From Candidatus Spongiisociaceae bacterium (lineage in GTDB: Bacteria > Actinomycetota > Acidimicrobiia > Spongiisociales > Spongiisociaceae): DNA of 64,000 nucleotides. The translations under genes and the position numbers were made by a program. Positions 61,331 to 64,000 of this stretch are shown here, one piece after another (position 1 is the stretch's first letter; each line of letters begins with the position of its first letter). The stretch covers positions 672,001 through 736,000 of the forward strand of contig OZ241841.1 of NCBI GenBank assembly GCA_965202665.1, read 5' to 3'. The notes beneath the pieces are model-generated. The model searched no databases, was not told the DNA's origin, and was given only the letters and a program-made list of their open reading frames with translations.

Positions 61331-61795
61331 ATGTTGCTTTTGGATAACTTAAGTTTTCTGTCGGGGGATTTGTTTGCTTCGCGGATGCAGACGCTTACCA
61401 ACGCCGTTAATACCGTCGGGGTGATGGGGGGCGGGATTGCGTTGGCTTTCAAACATCGGTTTCCGGAAATGTTCGACGACTATGTCATCCGGTGCGCGGA
61501 GGGGCGGGTCAAACTGGGCGAGCCCTACCTGTTCACCGCCGAATCCGGAACCGACAAGTGGGCGCTCAACTTTCCCACCATCGGAGACGACTGGGCGCCG
61601 CCCCGCCTGGGGGAAATCCGGGACGGCCTCCGCTACTTGGGCGGCCATTACCGGGAATGGGGGATCACTTCCCTGGCGGTGCCCGCCCTGGGTTGCGGGG
61701 TGGGCGGGATGGACTGGGCGGATGTGCAACCCCTCCTGGTGGAAGAACTGTCCGCTTTGGACATCCCGGTGGAGATATACGCTCCCCGACCCTAG
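61331..61795 (+). CDS. Stand-alone DarG-like macrodomain protein
   Basis: GDLF, NAVNTVGVMGGGIA, NFPTI, PALGCGVGG.DW; no C-terminal domain. Confidence 0.87.
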   Translation: MLLLDNLSFLSGDLFASRMQTLTNAVNTVGVMGGGIALAFKHRFPEMFDDYVIRCAEGRVKLGEPYLFTAESGTDKWALNFPTIGDDWAPPRLGEIRDGLRYLGGHYREWGITSLAVPALGCGVGGMDWADVQPLLVEELSALDIPVEIYAPRP

Positions 61796-62766
61796 TCCAG
61801 GGCGTTTTTGATTTCCCGGTAGATGCGGTCGGCGGAGGGAATGGCCATATCCTCCAACGCTTCGGCGGCGGGCAGGGGGATGTGGGGGGTGGTGATACGG
61901 ATGGGCGGGCCGTCCAAATCCCAGAAAACCTCTTCCCCGGCGATGGAAACCACCTCCGCCCCCCAGCCGCACAGCCGGGGATTTTCCTCCACCGTAAACA
62001 AGCGGCCGGTTTTGGAAACGGAGGCCAGCGCGGTGGCGGTGTCCAACGGAACCAAGGTACGCAGGTCGATCACCTCCGCTGAAATGCCCTCTTCGGCCAG
62101 ACGTTCCGCCGCCTGCACCGCCCGGGGAACCATCAGCGCCAAAGCGACCACCGTGCAATCGGAGCCTTCCCGCACCACGGCCGCCCGGCCCAGCTCCTCC
62201 ACGATTTCCCCTTCGGCCACCTCCGCCCGGCCCGCCATCAGCGACTTGTGCTCGAAGAACACCACCGGGTCGGGATCCCGCACCGCCGCCGCCAACAGGC
62301 CCACCACATCGTGCGGATGGGAGGGGGCGGCCACTTTCAAACCGGGAATCATCATGCACCAGTTCTCCACCGACTGGGAATGCTGGGCGCCGAACCGGGA
62401 GCCGCCCCCGTTGGCGGTGCGCACCACCACCGGCAAAGTCATCTGCCCGCCGGTCATATAGCGGGATTTGGCCATTTCGTTGGCCAGGATGTCGAAGCAG
62501 ACCGCCAGAAAATCGGAGAACATTATTTCGGCTATCACCGGAACCCCGGTCATGGCCGCCCCCATGGCCGCCCCCAGAATGGCCTGCTCCGAAATGGGCG
62601 TGTCCCGCACCCGGTCCGGACCGAACTCGTCCAACAACCCCACCGTGGTTTTGAAAACCCCGCCCGCCGCCGCCGCATCCTCGCCCAGCATCACCAGCCG
62701 GGGGTCGCGCCGCATCTCCTGGGCTATGCCCCGGGCCACCGCCTCCCGGTAACTCAGTTCCGCCAT
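61792..62766 (-). CDS. 2-oxoacid/acetoin dehydrogenase E1 beta subunit
   Basis: LSYREA, LGED, DTPISEQ, GAQHSQ, DPV.FFEHK, IDLRTLVPLD. Confidence 0.93.
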   Translation of the reverse strand: MAELSYREAVARGIAQEMRRDPRLVMLGEDAAAAGGVFKTTVGLLDEFGPDRVRDTPISEQAILGAAMGAAMTGVPVIAEIMFSDFLAVCFDILANEMAKSRYMTGGQMTLPVVVRTANGGGSRFGAQHSQSVENWCMMIPGLKVAAPSHPHDVVGLLAAAVRDPDPVVFFEHKSLMAGRAEVAEGEIVEELGRAAVVREGSDCTVVALALMVPRAVQAAERLAEEGISAEVIDLRTLVPLDTATALASVSKTGRLFTVEENPRLCGWGAEVVSIAGEEVFWDLDGPPIRITTPHIPLPAAEALEDMAIPSADRIYREIKNALD

Positions 62767-63836
62767 GACGACCCCCCGTCCGCCCACACATCGGTCATCA
62801 GATGGGAACGGTCGGGCGGAACCCCGTTTTTGGCGAACTCGGCCGCCTCCTCCACCCGTTGCGCCACCTCCTGGGAAACCCGGGACAGGTCGCCTTCCGG
62901 CACGCCCAGCCGCAACAACCGCTGGTGGTAGATCCTGATCGGGTCGTAATCCAACCAGGCTTCCACTTCCTCCGCCGGACGGTATTTGCCCGGATCGGCC
63001 CGGCTGTGCCCGCCGCTCCGATAGGTCACCGCCTCCACCAACGACGGCCCCTCCCCGGCCCGGGCCCGGCCGATGGCCGCCCCGGCCGCCTCATGCACCG
63101 CGTCGGCGTCGTTGCCGTCCACCACGATCCGCTCCAACCCGTAGGCGGCGGCCCGGTCCGCCGCCGGATGCTCCACCGCCGTCACCAGGTCAATGGGGGT
63201 GTACTCCATGTACAGGTTGTTTTCGCATACGAACACCACCGGCAGGCTCCACACCGCGGCCAGGTTCAAAGCCTCGTGGAAAGCCCCGATGTTGGAGGCC
63301 CCGTCCCCGAAAAAGGCCACCGTCGCCTGGTCGGTTCCCCGCAACTGCGACGACCAGGCGGCCCCGTTGGCGATGCACAGATGGGCGCCGACTATCGCAT
63401 AGGAGCCCATCATCCCGTGCTCCACCGACGTGAGATGCATGGAACCGCCTTTGCCCTGCAGGACGCCGTTGGAACGGCCCAGCAATTCGGCCAGCAACGG
63501 CCCCATCGGGGCCCCCCGGGCCAGGGTGTGGGCGTGCCCCCGGTAGGTGGCGAAAGTGAAATCGTCGGGCCGCATGGCCGCCGCGAAACCGGCCGCCGGG
63601 GCCTCCATCCCCAGCGACAAATGGGAGGTCCCTTTCACCAGGTTCTCCAAAAACAGGTCGTAGGCCTTTTTCTCAAACTGCCGCAGTTCTTGCAACAGCT
63701 GGTACATCCGCAGGCGGGTTTCCAAAGCGACGTCGATGCGGTCGCCCGCCTGCTCGGCGCGGCGGGGCGGCCGGGGCGGGCGCCGGGAATAGTCGGTGCG
63801 CAACGGGTCGTAAACCGGAGGGGCGGAATCGGTCAT
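62754..63836 (-). CDS. 2-oxoacid/acetoin dehydrogenase E1 alpha subunit (TPP-dependent)
   Basis: HLSLGMEA, YRGH, GKGGSMH, FFGDGA...ENN, TYR..GHS..D. Confidence 0.92.
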   Translation of the reverse strand: MTDSAPPVYDPLRTDYSRRPPRPPRRAEQAGDRIDVALETRLRMYQLLQELRQFEKKAYDLFLENLVKGTSHLSLGMEAPAAGFAAAMRPDDFTFATYRGHAHTLARGAPMGPLLAELLGRSNGVLQGKGGSMHLTSVEHGMMGSYAIVGAHLCIANGAAWSSQLRGTDQATVAFFGDGASNIGAFHEALNLAAVWSLPVVFVCENNLYMEYTPIDLVTAVEHPAADRAAAYGLERIVVDGNDADAVHEAAGAAIGRARAGEGPSLVEAVTYRSGGHSRADPGKYRPAEEVEAWLDYDPIRIYHQRLLRLGVPEGDLSRVSQEVAQRVEEAAEFAKNGVPPDRSHLMTDVWADGGSSWRN

Positions 63837-63873
63837 CAGGTCGTCCAAGTTATCACGGGGTCGTCGCCGGGGC

Positions 63874-64000
63874 TCAATACTCGTTGGCCACCATCAGCTC
63901 TTCGCAGGGGAACAAGGTGATGATCTGCGCCCCGTTGGCGGTGACCACCACCTCCTCCTCGATGCGGGCCGCCGACCTTCCGTCCGTAGCCGGAGCGTAC
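63874..64000 (-). CDS. C-terminus of an M24 (Xaa-Pro aminopeptidase) family protein, partial
   Basis: Manual translation ...PATDGRSAARIEEEVVVTANGAQIITLFP.EEL...NEY*. Confidence 0.7.
   Translation of the reverse strand, partial: YAPATDGRSAARIEEEVVVTANGAQIITLFPCEELMVANEY

Noticed and set aside
57556-61795. Integrative element at the tRNA genes carrying darTG
   Set aside because: No integrase and no duplicated tRNA 3' end seen in the window

Overview
High-GC actinobacterial chromosome segment. Acidimicrobiia is the likely class, inferred from gene content: mshA+YbjN, clpS+DUF2017, recG-rsmD-coaD, a LipB-LipA fusion and widespread leaderless promoters. Bases 1-21.1 kb are a dense amine/amino-acid catabolic island: a Dpp/Opp ABC importer, three class III aminotransferases, two glutamine-synthetase-like ligases, a GATase, further PLP enzymes, an amidohydrolase, an FAD oxidoreductase and hydantoinase/oxoprolinase A/B. 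The rest is housekeeping DNA (coaD, rsmD, recG, ddl, murF, fabI, acs, lipoate and 2-oxoacid dehydrogenase genes, mshA, pheA, clpS, a form-II CoxSLM-like molybdoenzyme, tRNA-Asp, tRNA-Phe) interrupted by small, lower-GC defence-type inserts. The strongest signal is a DNA methyltransferase-Mrr-like nuclease fusion whose start codon is separated from the gene body by a perfect (GA)28 tract, leaving it frameshifted OFF; it is a candidate phase-variable epigenetic/defence switch. Other notable items: DarTG followed by a third macrodomain lacking the catalytic lysine, a solo ATPase-TOPRIM protein with an altered Walker B, a MoaD/ubiquitin-like domain fused to a membrane protein, a 62-aa protein patterned like Hfq/Sm, an unassigned ~83-nt structured RNA next to a DnaA-box cluster, an SLH protein frameshifted at a G6 run, and a tandemly duplicated cox promoter. 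No CRISPR array, rRNA, integrase or transposase was seen. All calls come from reading motifs by eye; no searches were run.
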